Of a DNA stretch of 64,000 bases, positions 1-16,718 are shown piece by piece. The position numbers and the translations under genes were made by a program. Origin of the DNA: Chrysomallon squamiferum (lineage: Eukaryota > Animalia > Mollusca). Position 1 is the first letter of the stretch. Every line of letters begins with the position of its first letter. The notes under the pieces are model-generated. The model made no database searches, was not told the DNA's origin, and saw nothing but the letters and a program-made list of their open reading frames with translations. The stretch lies in assembly GCA_012295275.1 (NCBI GenBank), contig CM022677.1, positions 24,614,001 to 24,678,000 on the forward strand, given 5' to 3'.

Positions 1-86
1 AGACAGTATGAGAAAAGTGGACCACGCCTTGTGGAGGTGTCAGCAAGGAAGGAGATACAGCAACTACATCACCTTCAAACTTCAGG
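1..86 (+). CDS. 3' end of a 6-Cys Ig-like domain exon, truncated by the window edge
   Basis: Reads ...MRKVDHALWRCQQGRRYSNYITFKLQ (D-x3-W-x-C...SN motif), followed by phase-1 donor G|GTAAG at 86/87. Confidence 0.85.
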
Positions 87-309
87 GTAAGAACGCTGAA
101 ATAGGGGGAAAAGTTGGTTTTTACTGGTTCTTAAAATCACACTGCTGCGATGGATGTCAGAGTGTTAAGAGTTATTTAGTGAACAGTGTTAGGATTTTGT
201 GTCTGAATGGTAACAATGATGATGATGATGATGATGATGATGTTGATAATAATGATAACGATTTTGTGTCTGAATAGTAAGTATAATGATGATGATGATG
301 ATGATGGTT

Positions 310-340
<31 letters not shown>

Positions 341-376
341 TAATATTAATACTCACAACAATAATGATGATAATAA

Positions 377-423
<47 letters not shown>

Positions 424-456
424 GATAACACTGATAATGGTTATAATGATAATGAT

Positions 457-492
<36 letters not shown>

Positions 493-520
493 CACAACAG
501 TAATGACGATAATAATGACG

Positions 521-558
<38 letters not shown>

Positions 559-586
559 GATAATGGTTATAATAATAATGATAATA

Positions 587-629
<43 letters not shown>

Positions 630-630
630 C

Positions 631-662
<32 letters not shown>

Positions 663-875
663 TAATAATAATAATAATAATAATAACAAGAAGAAAAAGA
701 AGAAGAAGAAATGATAAATATCAATAGTGATACAACAACAACAACTCCACCATCATCACCACCATCACTACCACCACCACCAACAACAACAACAAACAAA
801 CAAAAACGACGATGGCAGTAACAGTTAAAACTGACTGAAGTCAAATTTTATTTCATTTTTTTTTTTTTTTTTCAG

Positions 876-1193
876 ACGTAAGCGTTTCTATGTACAGGTC
901 AGTGACCCCAGTGCTCGGCAGTTCGTACTCTGTCTACTGTCTCGTTTTTCCGTCTAAAAACATCCTCGGCCCTTTGTCCTTTAAACGAAACTTCGGCTCG
1001 GGATTCTCGGTCGCTTGCGTCGTCGACAAAGACTGCAAAATGAGGCTGCCTCTATCTGAATACGTCTGTTCGTGCACGAAGACGGAATCGAAGATGCGAA
1101 TATACAACTTGAAAATAGTGAACCTGACTGCGATGGATATGCATCAGTGGCAGTGTATCATTGGAAAGTCAGTAAGCAACATAATTGTGATAA
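876..1193 (+). CDS. 6-Cys Ig-like domain exon, NFGxGF/LPxxEY (terminal-type) subclass
   Basis: Poly-T + CAG acceptor ends at 875. Reads VSVSMYRSVTPVLGSSYSVYC...KRNFGSGFSVACVVDKDC...YVCSC...DMHQWQC. Donor A|GTAAGT at 1193/1194; otherwise an in-frame stop at 1199-1201. Confidence 0.85.
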
Positions 1194-1253
1194 GTAAGTA
1201 ATAAAAAAAAAATATATATATATATAAAAACGGCAAGGAAAAAAAAAAGTAAC

Positions 1254-1324
<71 letters not shown>

Positions 1325-2493
1325 AAGAAGAAGAAGAAAAAATAGTTTTAATGAATCCTCTATTTTGCAGATCTATATTCATTTTCACATATTTTTCATA
1401 GTAATATTATACAATTATATCTTACGATTTTTGTTATCATCTTTATTTTCAACACTGTAATTACGTTGAACGATTTAATTATGTAAATTATAACGTACAC
1501 GACGGTTATTATGTTATATATTTATTTTCCATAATACTATTATAATAAATCATTATCTACAACTTTTTATTATAATCTGTATTTATTATCACATACTTTG
1601 GTTTTTTAACTACAGAATTATGCAAATTACAAATTGATTACGTTTGTTATGAATTTTATTATTATTATTTTTTTTATTTTTTTTTTTTTATTTTTTATTT
1701 TCACAACATATAAATTATGTTTTACTTCTGTTGTTATTTTCTCTATCTATGTTCACATAGTTTACTTTGGTCTTTCTGCACTTTCGTCTCGTCAATGTAC
1801 AACCTTATTTCTTTTAAATTAATTACCCTGAGAAAAGTGAAAATGAATTATAAACTGATTAAAATATTTTCTTTCATTTTTCAGAATGAGGCTAACGTTT
1901 GCAGCTGAAATAAGCAAGAGAGATCGCGTATCCCAACATTTTCTTTTCTTTTCTATTTTTGTTTGTTTGTTTTAAATATTTATCTGTCTGTTATGGTTGG
2001 CGGTTTCTCTCTCTTTTGATTAATAAAGCAGTTCGATTATTTTATTTTATTTGTTTTTGAAATCATTAAATGATATAAATTAATTAATGAATAATCAGTT
2101 TAATAAACATACTTTCTATATTTGTCTGCAATTTTACAACATTTTTCAAATTATCCTTATTGTTATTATTATTATTATTATTATTATTGTTATTATTGTT
2201 GTTGTTGTTGTTGTTGTGGTTGTTATTATTGTTGTTGTTGATATTATTGTTGTGTTATTATTATTGTTACTGTTGTTGTTGTGTTACTATAATTGTTGTG
2301 TGTTATTATTATTGTTGTTGTTACTGTTATTATTATAACAAATATAATAACAAAGAGTTTGGAGAGAGAGAGATGGATACTGTGATCAGATAACAATTCC
2401 TTCTTTCTTATTAACTCACTATGAAGTGACGTCATCCAATGCTTACTCGTATGTGTTTAATTATTCTTAATTATACTTAATTATTATTCTACT

Positions 2494-2542
<49 letters not shown>

Positions 2543-2544
<2 letters not shown>

Positions 2545-2798
2545 GGTACCGGACCAATTATCCGGACTCCTTGGGGCCTGAGGCATTCCGGAAAATTGAC
2601 GATACACAACTGTGGCGACTCGACACGTAAACAATGCGGCGAGTGAATGAACGCCACGCGGCTTTAAAGAGTAGTTCCGGTCTGACAGAGGACAACAACC
2701 GCGCGCGCGAACTATGAAAATATCGTCTGGAAAAAAAAAATTCCGGTTTTCTTCGTCTTTCCGGATTTCAGGACGCCGGATAATTGGTCCGGTACCCA
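2543..2798. mobile_element. MITE (non-autonomous DNA transposon, Tc1/mariner/pogo-like)
   Basis: Terminal inverted repeats GGTACCGGACCAATTATCCGG (from 2545) and CCGGATAATTGGTCCGGTACC (to 2796), flanked by TA on both sides. GC-rich island with no credible ORF. Confidence 0.8.
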
Positions 2799-3848
2799 TA
2801 TATGTATATGTGTCTGTTTATATATATGCCATTCCATGACACAACAGACAAGAGGAAAACAAATCAAGTTTTTTTCTTTCATTATGTAAATGGTAAAAAT
2901 GTATTAATAAAGCTTCTAATTTGCATAAAAAGTAAAAATTCTTGGCATAATTTGAAGACTACAAACTTCACAGAAATAAGAATATATTAAGCCTCTGAAA
3001 TCAGAACATTGCCTTAAAGACATATTATGAAGCCGTAGCATCAGTTTATTGAATATGGAAGGTTAAAAATATTTTCTGAACGTAGATAGAAGTCAGATAT
3101 TTGATTTAAAAAAAAGTGTGATCAATGACTGTAACGTCTGTCACGAGAATCAGATCTAAATGTTTATGTGAGAAAAAAGATATCAAAGCATATCATGACG
3201 TTCTTTCTAATTCTGTTAACGCTGGCTACGTCACATTTGAAAAAATATGGCAGTCATGAAATGACGTATTTGTATTTGAGAGAGGAAAGAAAACTGTCAG
3301 ATGTCACGTTTAGCTTTCGTCACGGTGAAAGGTGGATTCTGTAACAACAGTCACATTCCCGTTGGTCAAGAATTTAAAAAAAAAAAAAAAAAATTTTTTT
3401 TTTTTTTTTTTTTTTTTTTACCATTGTCGTAATCATTCAGCATCTTTAGTACAAAATGTGGTTTCATTAATTCCACACAATTCTTCAGCACTTCCTCTTT
3501 GTTAATTTTATTGTCAAAAAACAACAGTGGACGTAGAATTTCCTTTTATGTCAGCTTATAATACGTAACACACGCACAGTTATTTAATAATTTTCAGTCT
3601 TAATTATAATTTGTAGTCTTCTATAGTGATTTCTCCTTCATTCCAAGTGAAAACACTCATTTAGATTTCAGATAATTTTAAAATAAAGTTAATTGGTTTT
3701 TGCCAATGTCCTTTTGAAGTAACATTTATTTTTATATTTATATTATTTTATTTTATTTTATTTTATTATTTTTTTTTTTTATTTGTCACGCAATTAATTG
3801 CGCCCAGGACTCTCTGATTTAAAAATCTGCTCATGCACACATTTCAAA

Positions 3849-3911
<63 letters not shown>

Positions 3912-4153
3912 ACATTTTTGGACATTATTCACTTTTAAACAGACCGTTTTAACAAGAAGCCAGCTTTAATCATTCCACTAAAAAAAAAAGCAACGTCTTG
4001 TAACTAAAAGAAACATTTAAAACAAACAAAAAAAGACATACGACGAAAAACAAAGAAGAATCAAGTTCAGTTCAGAAGACCACATCTTCTTTATTTACAA
4101 CAACAACTACGAAGGCTTCGCGTTTCTTGCAGGATCAGTATCGGAACTGTTGT

Positions 4154-4494
4154 TTACAATTCCTCAATCGGAGCGTTTAGAGTGAGTTTCTCGCTTAAAC
4201 TGTTTCCGTTTCGACATCTCCACTGATTGAGATCGATGTGACGTAAGCGTCGAATCGTCAACGCGTAAACTCTGACGTCAGACTTCTTGGCGGAGCAGCC
4301 GCAGTGGTACTCCGGTATTGGCAGCCTCATTTTGCACTGTTTGTCAACTACGCATATTGACCAAAATCCAGACCCGAAATTTCGTTGGAAGTCCATTGCA
4401 GACAAAATATTTTTAGCAGGAAAAATCGTGCAGTAAAGAATGTATTTATCTCCTGTCTCCGAAGATAGCGACACACCTATGCTCAGACTTACGT
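4154..4494 (-). CDS. Gene A, domain exon 4 (terminal, NFGSGFW/LPIPEY subclass, ends in stop)
   Basis: TTTTAG acceptor. YILYC...FQRNFGSGFWSICVVDKQCKMRLPIPEYHCGC...DLNQWRCRNG...PIEEL*. Confidence 0.9.
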
Positions 4495-4675
4495 CTAAAA
4501 ACAGAGGTTTTTTTGTTTGTTTAAACAAATATTTTAATAATTATCGTGTTGTTTTATTGCTTCATTATTATCATGATTACCATGTTTATCATCACATACA
4601 TCATAAGCATTATTATTTATACCCCAACTTGTACTATTTACTTTTGTTATAATTCATTTTCATTATTCTACTGCA

Positions 4676-4726
<51 letters not shown>

Positions 4727-4977
4727 GTTGTTGTTGTTTTTTTTTTTTTTTTTGTTGTTTGTTGTTGTTATTATTGTTGCTATGACTGTTATTATTATCA
4801 TTATTTTTGTTCGTATTGTTAATATTAATATTGACGTTGTTATTGTCGTTATCATCATCATAACACCATCGTCATAACACAGCCAAACCAAATACTAATT
4901 ACATAATTACAAATGACGTCGCGATGACGTAATTTACCTAATAATTCAAACAAACACGTATTCTCATTATTTCTTAC

Positions 4978-5307
4978 TTCTGAGATTAAACGTAAAGCCT
5001 GCGCTCAAACTGCGTCCATACTGACATTTCCACTCCACATTGTCTTCTCTCCTCAGTTTCAGAATCGTCATTTTAAAGAACTTATGGCCCGATGTGTTCT
5101 CGTTGAAACATTCACACACGTGATTGTCAACGTTAAAGCGTCGAACACACGACTTGTCAACAATACAAAGTGTTACGAACCCGCGTCCTCGTTTACTTTT
5201 GAAATCCAGGGCGAATACTTTCTCCTGCCAACGGTCGACTCTGCATTGTATAGTGTATGGCTCGTTTAGTACGCCTGTAGGTGGCGCTGTTATGAACACA
5301 TCGAGAC
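4978..5307 (-). CDS. Gene A, domain exon 3
   Basis: 330 nt, CAG acceptor, A|GTAAG donor. PYTIQC...TLCIVDKSC...HVCEC...DNVEWKCQYG. Confidence 0.9.
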
Positions 5308-5442
5308 CTGAAAATCGAAATGTATGTTTGTTTGTTGTTGTTGTTTTTTTTTTTTTTTTTTTAGCTGATAACTTCATAACAGTTATAGAATTAAGAAATG
5401 ATTATTCCCAGCATCATTGTGTTTGTTACTCTTCTTCTTCTT

Positions 5443-5475
<33 letters not shown>

Positions 5476-5790
5476 AGTAGTACTAGTAGTTGTTGTAGTA
5501 GTAGCAGAAGTAGTAAAAGTAGTAGTAGTAAAACACTATTATGACAATGACCATTATCGAAACCTTAAAGATATATATATATATATATATATATTCTGAA
5601 TACAAAAAAATGAAAATATTAATGGAATCTTATATATATAAACGAAACAAAACACAACAAACAAAGCTAAAAGAAAGAAAGAAAGAAAGAAAGAAGAAGA
5701 AACAAAACAAATAAATTATTCATCATGTCCATACAAAAAAAAAATTTCGGTTTACAGTTACGACACGTAATTTTTCTGATCATTTCTTAC

Positions 5791-6117
5791 GTTTGAGCCA
5801 AAACCGAACGCGTTTGGAGAAGGCACTGCCTTGTCTGCACCTCCACACAGCCTGTTCGTCTTCGCTCATCTTGAGAACTGTCATTTTGTACACTTTACGA
5901 CTGTTTCCAGTCCTCGTGCACTCACAGAAGTAATTGTCTCGTTTGAACAGGTTGACGCACGCTCCACTGATCATACAGACTGCGTTAAATCCGTTCCCGA
6001 CGTCTCTTTCAAAAATCATGGATGAAGATTTACCTTTGGGAAAGGAGGCGATGCAGAAGAAATCGTAAGATTGTCCTGCAGTGCCAGTAGATGGTCCGCG
6101 CATGATAGCGTATGCTC
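5791..6117 (-). CDS. Gene A, domain exon 2
   Basis: 327 nt, CAG acceptor, C|GTAAG donor. MRGPSTGTAGQSYDFFC...VCMISGAC...YFCEC...AVWRCRQG. Confidence 0.9.
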
Positions 6118-6218
6118 CTGAAAAAACCAGATTCAGTTCTTGAAAAATGCTTTGATGATGTAGAGTGGAGAAATAAAATGAATTGTAATTCATAGTCATC
6201 ATCATTATTATCGTCTTG

Positions 6219-6427
<209 letters not shown>

Positions 6428-6531
6428 AACATTAAGACTAAAGACGACAAGAACGAAACAGAAAAGAGTCTAAATATCGTTCATGTACTAAATCATTACG
6501 ATTACAAAACGTTTTCGTATTAATCTCTTAC

Positions 6532-6849
6532 TTTGAACCGTAAACGTAAAATCGTTGCTCTGACTCATTCTCTGCTGGCATCTCCATTTTCTCTGGTCTT
6601 CCTTCAGCACGCTCACAATCACCATTTCATATATTTTGTAGTCTAGACTGCCCTGGAGACATTTGCACTCGTAGTTTTGCCTAGAGGATCGTTGAATGCA
6701 TCCATCAACTGCACAAAACACAGCAAATCCGAATCCGTGGTCTTTTTTGAAAATAATGGGATACGTCCTGTCTACGGTAGAATACACAGTACAAAACAGA
6801 CTGTACTGTTGTCCTACTACAGCGTAATCTGATCCGTTCAAGTGTAATT
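6532..6849 (-). CDS. Gene A, domain exon 1
   Basis: 318 nt, CAG acceptor, A|GTAAG donor. GQQYSLFC...FCAVDGC...YECKC...DQRKWRCQQ. Confidence 0.9.
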
Positions 6850-6988
6850 CTGAATCAGAAAGTATGACAGTGTTAATGGAATCTTGTTCTCGATCGTCGT
6901 TATCGTTGTCATCATCCTTATCATCATCGTCATCATTATTAATTCCTCTTTCTCTTCTTTTTATTATTCTTAATTATCATTATTACTA

Positions 6989-7053
<65 letters not shown>

Positions 7054-7192
7054 TTTTACTATTATTACTATTATTATTACTACTACTATTAATATTATTG
7101 TCATATTTATTATTATTATTATTATTACTAAATATTATTACTATTAATTCTTCTTCTTCTTCATCTTCTTTTTCTTCTTATTACTATTAATT

Positions 7193-7223
<31 letters not shown>

Positions 7224-7326
7224 TTATTATTATTCTTCTTCTTATTCTTCTTCTTCTTCGTATTGTCATCATCATCATCATCAAAACACAAAAAAAAAAA
7301 CCCCAAAACACCCAAACAGACACAAC

Positions 7327-7384
7327 CTGTGTACGCTGTTATAAAAACGACACAAAAACACATCGAAAACCATAACCAGACCAT
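7327..7384 (-). CDS. Gene A leader exon (signal peptide MVWLWFSMCFCVVFITAYT-G)
   Basis: ATG-initiated, 19 hydrophobic codons + 1 nt, then ACAG|GTTGTG phase-1 donor in frame with the next domain exon. Confidence 0.8.
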
Positions 7385-7510
7385 AACCGAAATTACAACA
7401 ATTTTTTCTCAGGTAATGTAATATCCATACGTGTATGTATCAAGGCGTAAATCAATTTAATTTTCGTATGGCTTGCATATATTTGTTACATAACAGTCAA
7501 TGTAAAAAGG

Positions 7511-7547
<37 letters not shown>

Positions 7548-8698
7548 TTATTTATTTATATATAAGCATTTAAATTCTGTCAGAGTGACATTAGTAAACT
7601 ACATTATGATTTGTTGTTGGCAGGTGATGTGAAGAATTAGACTATCTGTGAGTGTGTCTGTCTGTCTGTCTGTATGTATGTGTGTATATATATCAAATTA
7701 CAGTGGATATTATGTAACAGAAAACCGAAATTCATAATCAGATCTGATGGATATGGGTAATGAGTTTAGACAAGAGAACATCAGCTGAAATAAAAAATAA
7801 AAATAGAAATAAAAGTAAAAAATGAATGAATGAATGAATAAATACATAAATAAATAAATAAATACATAGATAAATAAATAAAATAAAAAAAAAAAAAAAA
7901 AATAAAAAAAAAAAAAAAAGAAAGAAAGAAAAAAAAAGAAAGAAAGAAAAAAGAAAAAAAAAAAAAAAAAAAAAACAGAGACAAACGTTTTATCATTTTA
8001 GTCATGTTCGGGATTTTGGTTTTCTCTGCTTCCTTGCCGTTTTAGTAGCAGTGTTTACATGTTCTGTTATGTCAACATTAATTGTAAGATAACACATATA
8101 ATAATTTAGAAGAAGAAGAAGAAGAAGAAGAAGAAGAAGAAGAAGAAGAAAAAAGAAAAAGAAAGAAAAAAAAAAAAAGAAAAAAAAAGAAAAAAGAAGA
8201 AAAGAAAAAAAAGAAGAAGAAGAAAGAAGAAGAAGAAGAAGAAAAAAGACGAAGAAGAAATAAAAAGGACAAGAAAAAGACAAAGACAAAGAAGATGATG
8301 ATGATTATGATGATGATAATGAAGAACAACAAAACAACACCAACACCAACAACAACAGCCACAACAACATTAAGCATCATAATATTGATTGTGAATTAGA
8401 TTTAATTTATTTTGGTAATACTTGACATGTCGGTATTACAGGACTATTTGTTTTGCTCTGCTATTTCTCAAAGGAGTAAGGTCTTGAAAAGAGATTTTGG
8501 AAATGGGTTTAATAGATTTTGTGTAGTTGATGATTTTTGTGTTAACCGACTTAAAGGAGGCAGTGATGTCTGCCACTATTCGGGATAAGATTAAATGAAA
8601 ATATTTATAAAATGTCAATTTCGAAACTGAAGAGAGAAGATAATACTACGTGCATATGTCGAGAGGGAGACACTTACATAAAAAAAAAAAAGAAGAAG

Positions 8699-8738
<40 letters not shown>

Positions 8739-8885
8739 TTCACCTTCAAAGTAAGAAATAATGAGATAATTTATTTTATAATGATTAAATGAAGTAAGAT
8801 ATCATGAAATTATTTAGTACATAAATAATGTATTTTCTCGTGTATAATTAATAATAATAATAATCACAACAGCAGCAGCAGCAGC

Positions 8886-8984
<99 letters not shown>

Positions 8985-9249
8985 CATAATAAAAATAATA
9001 ATGTTGACCTCGATTTCAAGGGACAGCACCAGTATGGAATGCGAAAGTCTGGGTTATCGCGAATGTAAAACATTAACCCTAAAATTTACCGAAACATCAA
9101 ACTTTATTACACACACCAGCTGTATAATAAATAATAGAATAATGTAATAACAACACACAGACACGTAAACAAAGATCATACAAGATATGTAGAGAAACGT
9201 GTGGTCCAGGTTGGGTTATTTTAGGATGGTTTGTTTAGTCGTAGGATTG

Positions 9250-9281
<32 letters not shown>

Positions 9282-9428
9282 AAGAAGAAGAAGAAGAAGA
9301 AGAAGAAGAAGAAGAAGAAGAAGAAGATGATGATGACGATGAAGAAGAAGAAAAGGAGAAGAAGAATGATAATAATAATCATCATCATAAGAACAACAGC
9401 ATCAACTAAATTAAATTTCTGTTTTCAG

Positions 9429-9725
9429 ATCTAAGTATCGCGATGTACCAGTCACTGAATCCTGGGATAGGACAGAAGAGCTCGTTCTGTGTTGTTTCCA
9501 GTTAAACAGATTTTGTATCCCTTGATATTTCAACGGAATTTTGGGTCTGGGTTTTGGACAGTTTGTATAGTGGCCACAAAATCTAAAATGAGTTTGCCAA
9601 TACCTGAATTTGTCCTGAAAGTCATTATTCGAGTTTACACAATCTGACAGTACAATGTTTATCTTTATCTTTTAAGGTGTCGAAACGAAGATATTTTTAG
9701 TAACAAAATTACGCTAAAGCTTTGA
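9429..9725 (+). pseudogene. Degenerate terminal-type domain exon (orphan, opposite strand to its neighbours)
   Basis: After TTTTCAG: LSIAMYQSLNPGIGQK / FPVKQILYPLIFQRNFGSGFWTVCIVATKSKMSLPIPEF... with frameshifts, deletions and lost cysteines. 3' end approximate. Confidence 0.8.
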
Positions 9726-10010
9726 AACAAAGAAATGATAAAAAAAGAAGAATGACTCCTCTACTAAGAAAAGAAGAACTGTTGCCTGAACCATGTAGAT
9801 TTTCCTTCAATTATTTAAAAAATATGACTTCTTAGTTTATTTAAATATTTCATTCGTTAAAAGTTGTAGTCCTGTGAGGTTTAATTGTTGGTCTTTCGCT
9901 AAATAAGAAATTTCGAAATTTGAGAAACTGGTCTGTTATTAAAGCAATCTGTATAAGAAGAAAAAAAAAAGAAAAAAAATGAGAACAGTTGAAAAACAGA
10001 TTTTATTAAA

Positions 10011-10046
10011 ATATGACGTCATTTACATCAGATGACGTGTGGTCGT
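10011..10046 (+). promoter_or_regulatory. Conserved double CRE/ATF-like motif
   Basis: ATATGACGTCATTTACATCAGATGACGTGTGGTC, nearly identical to the reverse complement of 49212-49248. Confidence 0.5.
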
Positions 10047-10211
10047 GGATGCTGTTACTCTGAAATATAACCAAAGAAAGTGAAAATAAATAAATAAATA
10101 TAATAAAAAATAAATAAATAAATATAATAAAAATAAATATAGCTTATAATAAATAATTGCAAATCAAAATTTATATAATGACTGTGATGATGAATGAATA
10201 GATATGTTAAC

Positions 10212-10282
<71 letters not shown>

Positions 10283-10409
10283 TAAAATATATATATATAC
10301 ATACATACATACATACATACATACAAATACATACAAAAAAACTAATTAAATAAAAAAAATTTCAGAAAAAAAAAAAAAAAAATTTAACGTTTTCAGCTGA
10401 ACATCTTAC

Positions 10410-10736
10410 TCTGAACGTTTAACTTCAAGCTGTTGCTGGAGATGTCGCCAATGGCACACTGCCAGTCGGTCTCGTCACCTGCCGACGTAGTCGTAATCGT
10501 CAGCTTGTAGATGCGAGGCTCCGTCAACATGTCCAGACAACCGCATCTGTAATACGAGATGACCTGAGTCTCCAGACAGAAAGGGCCGACAATGCACACG
10601 GAGGTGAAAATGTCTCGTTTTCGTATCACGAAGAACAGAGGAAGGTCTATAGAGGTCACTGGCGACACGTGGCAAAACAGGGTGTGGCTCTTGCCCGTTA
10701 CAGCCTTTGTGGATCCTGTCAGCTGCAGATTTAATT
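10410..10736 (-). CDS. Gene B, domain exon 3
   Basis: 327 nt, CAG acceptor, A|GTAAG donor. LQLTGSTKAVTGKSHTLFCHVSP...VCIVGPFC...YRCGC...DETDWQCAIG. Confidence 0.9.
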
Positions 10737-10867
10737 CTGTTGAGGGTTAAGAAAAAATAAGGTTAAAAAATTGATGATGTTGATGTTGATGATGGTGATG
10801 GTGATAATATAAATTAGTTTTTTTAATTAATTGATAAGGAAATAAATCAATACAAATTTAATATGAA

Positions 10868-10981
<114 letters not shown>

Positions 10982-11105
10982 TTTATAATTATTATTACTT
11001 CCGAAAATCTGACCTCTAATGCTTTTCTCATTAAAAATAAAATAAAAAAAAAAACAAAAAATAAAAATTAATAAAATAAATAAATAAATAAAAAATCTCA
11101 TTTAC

Positions 11106-11432
11106 TTCTAATCTGAAACACGAATCGATTACTGAAACTGTGTCCGATTTCGCAGCGCCATTTTGTGTCGTGCTGCTTCAGAAACCGGTCGATGGTGATG
11201 TTGTAGACCCGCGGATCCTGGGTCCTGTCTACGCACGCGCAGTAGAAGTGTTTCGTTTTCATTCCCTGTGAGCAGTTCTCGTCCACGATGCAGACAGTGT
11301 GATACGTGCCGTTGACGTCGTGTTCGAAAAACAGCGACGACGATATTTCACTGGCAGGAGACACGGAACAGGACAGTGTTTGTTTTCTCCCAACGACAGC
11401 CACGGTAGACCCGTACATGAGCACAGCTACAT
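11106..11432 (-). CDS. Gene B, domain exon 2
   Basis: 327 nt, CAG acceptor, A|GTAAA donor. MYGSTVAVVGRKQTLSC...VCIVDENC...FYCAC...HDTKWRCEIG. Confidence 0.9.
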
Positions 11433-11625
11433 CTGAGAGATCGAAATTATGCTTTAAGTTATATATGTGTTTCTTTGTTTGTCTGTCTGTGTGTGTGTGT
11501 TGTGTGTGTGTGTGTGTGTGGTGGATGTGTGTGTGTGTGCATATATAGACACATATATAGACAAATATAAATAGGTATGTAGTAACCAACAGACGCAAAT
11601 ATAAAATAAAAAATATGAGAGAGAC

Positions 11626-14619
<2,994 letters not shown>

Positions 14620-14643
14620 TGTCTCCCTCTCTCTCTCTCTCAC

Positions 14644-14976
14644 CGCGAATTTTAAACTTGAAGTAGCTGCTGAACGTCTTTCCCACTCTGCACCTCCAGT
14701 ACACGCCGTGCGCCATGGCAACTTCCAGGATCGTCAGTTTGTACAAGAGGTTGCCGTCGTTGTCGACGGCGCACACGCAGCTGTATCCGTGCTCGTAGTA
14801 CGCGACGTCGCACGGCGCTACGACGTCGCACACCTGCTTCACTGAGGTGTGGAAGGCGGCCGTGAACTGCAGTGGGCGTGGCTTCCTGGTCCCGGGGGAC
14901 ACTGAGCAGAACATCGTGTAGCTTCTTCCAGACACGGCGAAGGGCGGCCCGATGAGTTGAACCGAGTAACCAGAAA
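14644..14976 (-). CDS. Gene B, domain exon 1 (5' acceptor ambiguous: 14976 or 14987)
   Basis: SGYSVQLIGPPFAVSGRSYTMFC...VCDVVAPC...YSCVC...HGVYWRCRVG, with G|GTGAG donor. Confidence 0.88.
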
Positions 14977-15044
14977 CTGAAGTCCCTCTGTAAAACATTT
15001 CACAAGTATGTATAGATGTAAGTATGTGTGTATGTATGTACGTA

Positions 15045-15081
<37 letters not shown>

Positions 15082-15312
15082 ATGTATGTATGTATGTATG
15101 TATGTATGTATATATATATATATACATACATACATACATTATATATCTATATCTGTATGTGTGTGTGTGTGTGTGTGTGTTTAAGCATGTATAAATAAAT
15201 AAGAAACATACACACACTCAGACACAGCTGTTGTAATAGTTGTTGTAGTTGTAGTAGTAACTGCTGCTGTAGTAATAGTGGTATAAGTAGTAATTATAAT
15301 AACAATAGCCTC

Positions 15313-15376
<64 letters not shown>

Positions 15377-15390
15377 TAATAATAAAATAA

Positions 15391-15427
<37 letters not shown>

Positions 15428-15537
15428 TAAAATAACAATAATAATAATAACAATAATAATAATAACAAATAATAATAATAAATAATAATAATAATAATAA
15501 CAATAATAATAATAATAATAACAATAATAATAATAAC

Positions 15538-15653
<116 letters not shown>

Positions 15654-15670
15654 GTAATACTTAGACGTAC

Positions 15671-15721
15671 CCAGATGAAACTGATGGTAAAGATACAAAC
15701 AATTTTAGAACCAAAAAACAT
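15671..15721 (-). CDS. Gene B probable leader exon (MFFGSKIVCIFTISFIW)
   Basis: ATG-initiated hydrophobic stretch followed by a GTACGT donor (phase 0). Conserved in the duplicate at 60248-60298. Confidence 0.6.
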
Positions 15722-16216
15722 TATTAAAGTATTTCAAAGATATCCGAATGATTCATTTAAAACAATCTGATTTCAGTATTACTCTTTTTTATTTTTATAT
15801 ACATCACACATACAAAAATCCACGCAAACACACACAGACACACGCAAACACACACACAAACACACACACACATGTTATTTCTTTACTGTTTTTTGTTTTC
15901 ACTGGAAAATTAATTCAGTGTTTATTCAGTGAGTTAGTATTACAACCCAGTTTGAAACAGGTGGTATGACTATAAATTTATTTTTGTTCTTCGTTGGTGT
16001 TATTTATATATTTATTTATTTATATTTATATTTATATTTAAATTTATTTTTATTTGTATTTGTATTTTATTTTATTTTATTTTACTTATTTTATTTTATT
16101 TCATATATTTATTATTGTTTATATTCGTTTACTTTAAGATGGCATGAGTATTTAGTTTTGTAATCTGTTATTACACACCTTTATCAGTTATTTAACAACA
16201 GGAAGACAGCAATAAC

Positions 16217-16269
<53 letters not shown>

Positions 16270-16685
16270 CAGTAGTAATACTAATAATAATAAAGTCAAA
16301 AATACCTACAATAATAGTGGTAGACATATAATTACAAAATAATAATGGCAACAATAACCAATAATAATAATACTAATAATATTTCCCTTTGACCATTTCC
16401 TCACTGTGCAGCGATATAAACCTTTCTTTTTTGATTATCAGGAAGGCATTTTGTTCTCCTTTTAATATGAGATGTGATTCTTGTATACATCTCGAAAATG
16501 ATCCTTTTTTATTTTTTATTTTTTTGTTTCTAATTATTAATTTATATTTTTAAATTTTTTTTTTTTTAATTAATTTTTTTTTTTTAAAAGTAGTACTATT
16601 TACTGCTGCTTTACTACTACTACTATTACTACTACTACTACTACTACTACTACTATTACTACTACTACAACTACTGCACCCATTG

Positions 16686-16718
<33 letters not shown>

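Noticed and set aside
1885-1913. Possible short 3' exon after TTTTTCAG
   Set aside because: In phase 1 it would add one codon then TGA. This is plausible but cannot be supported without transcripts.
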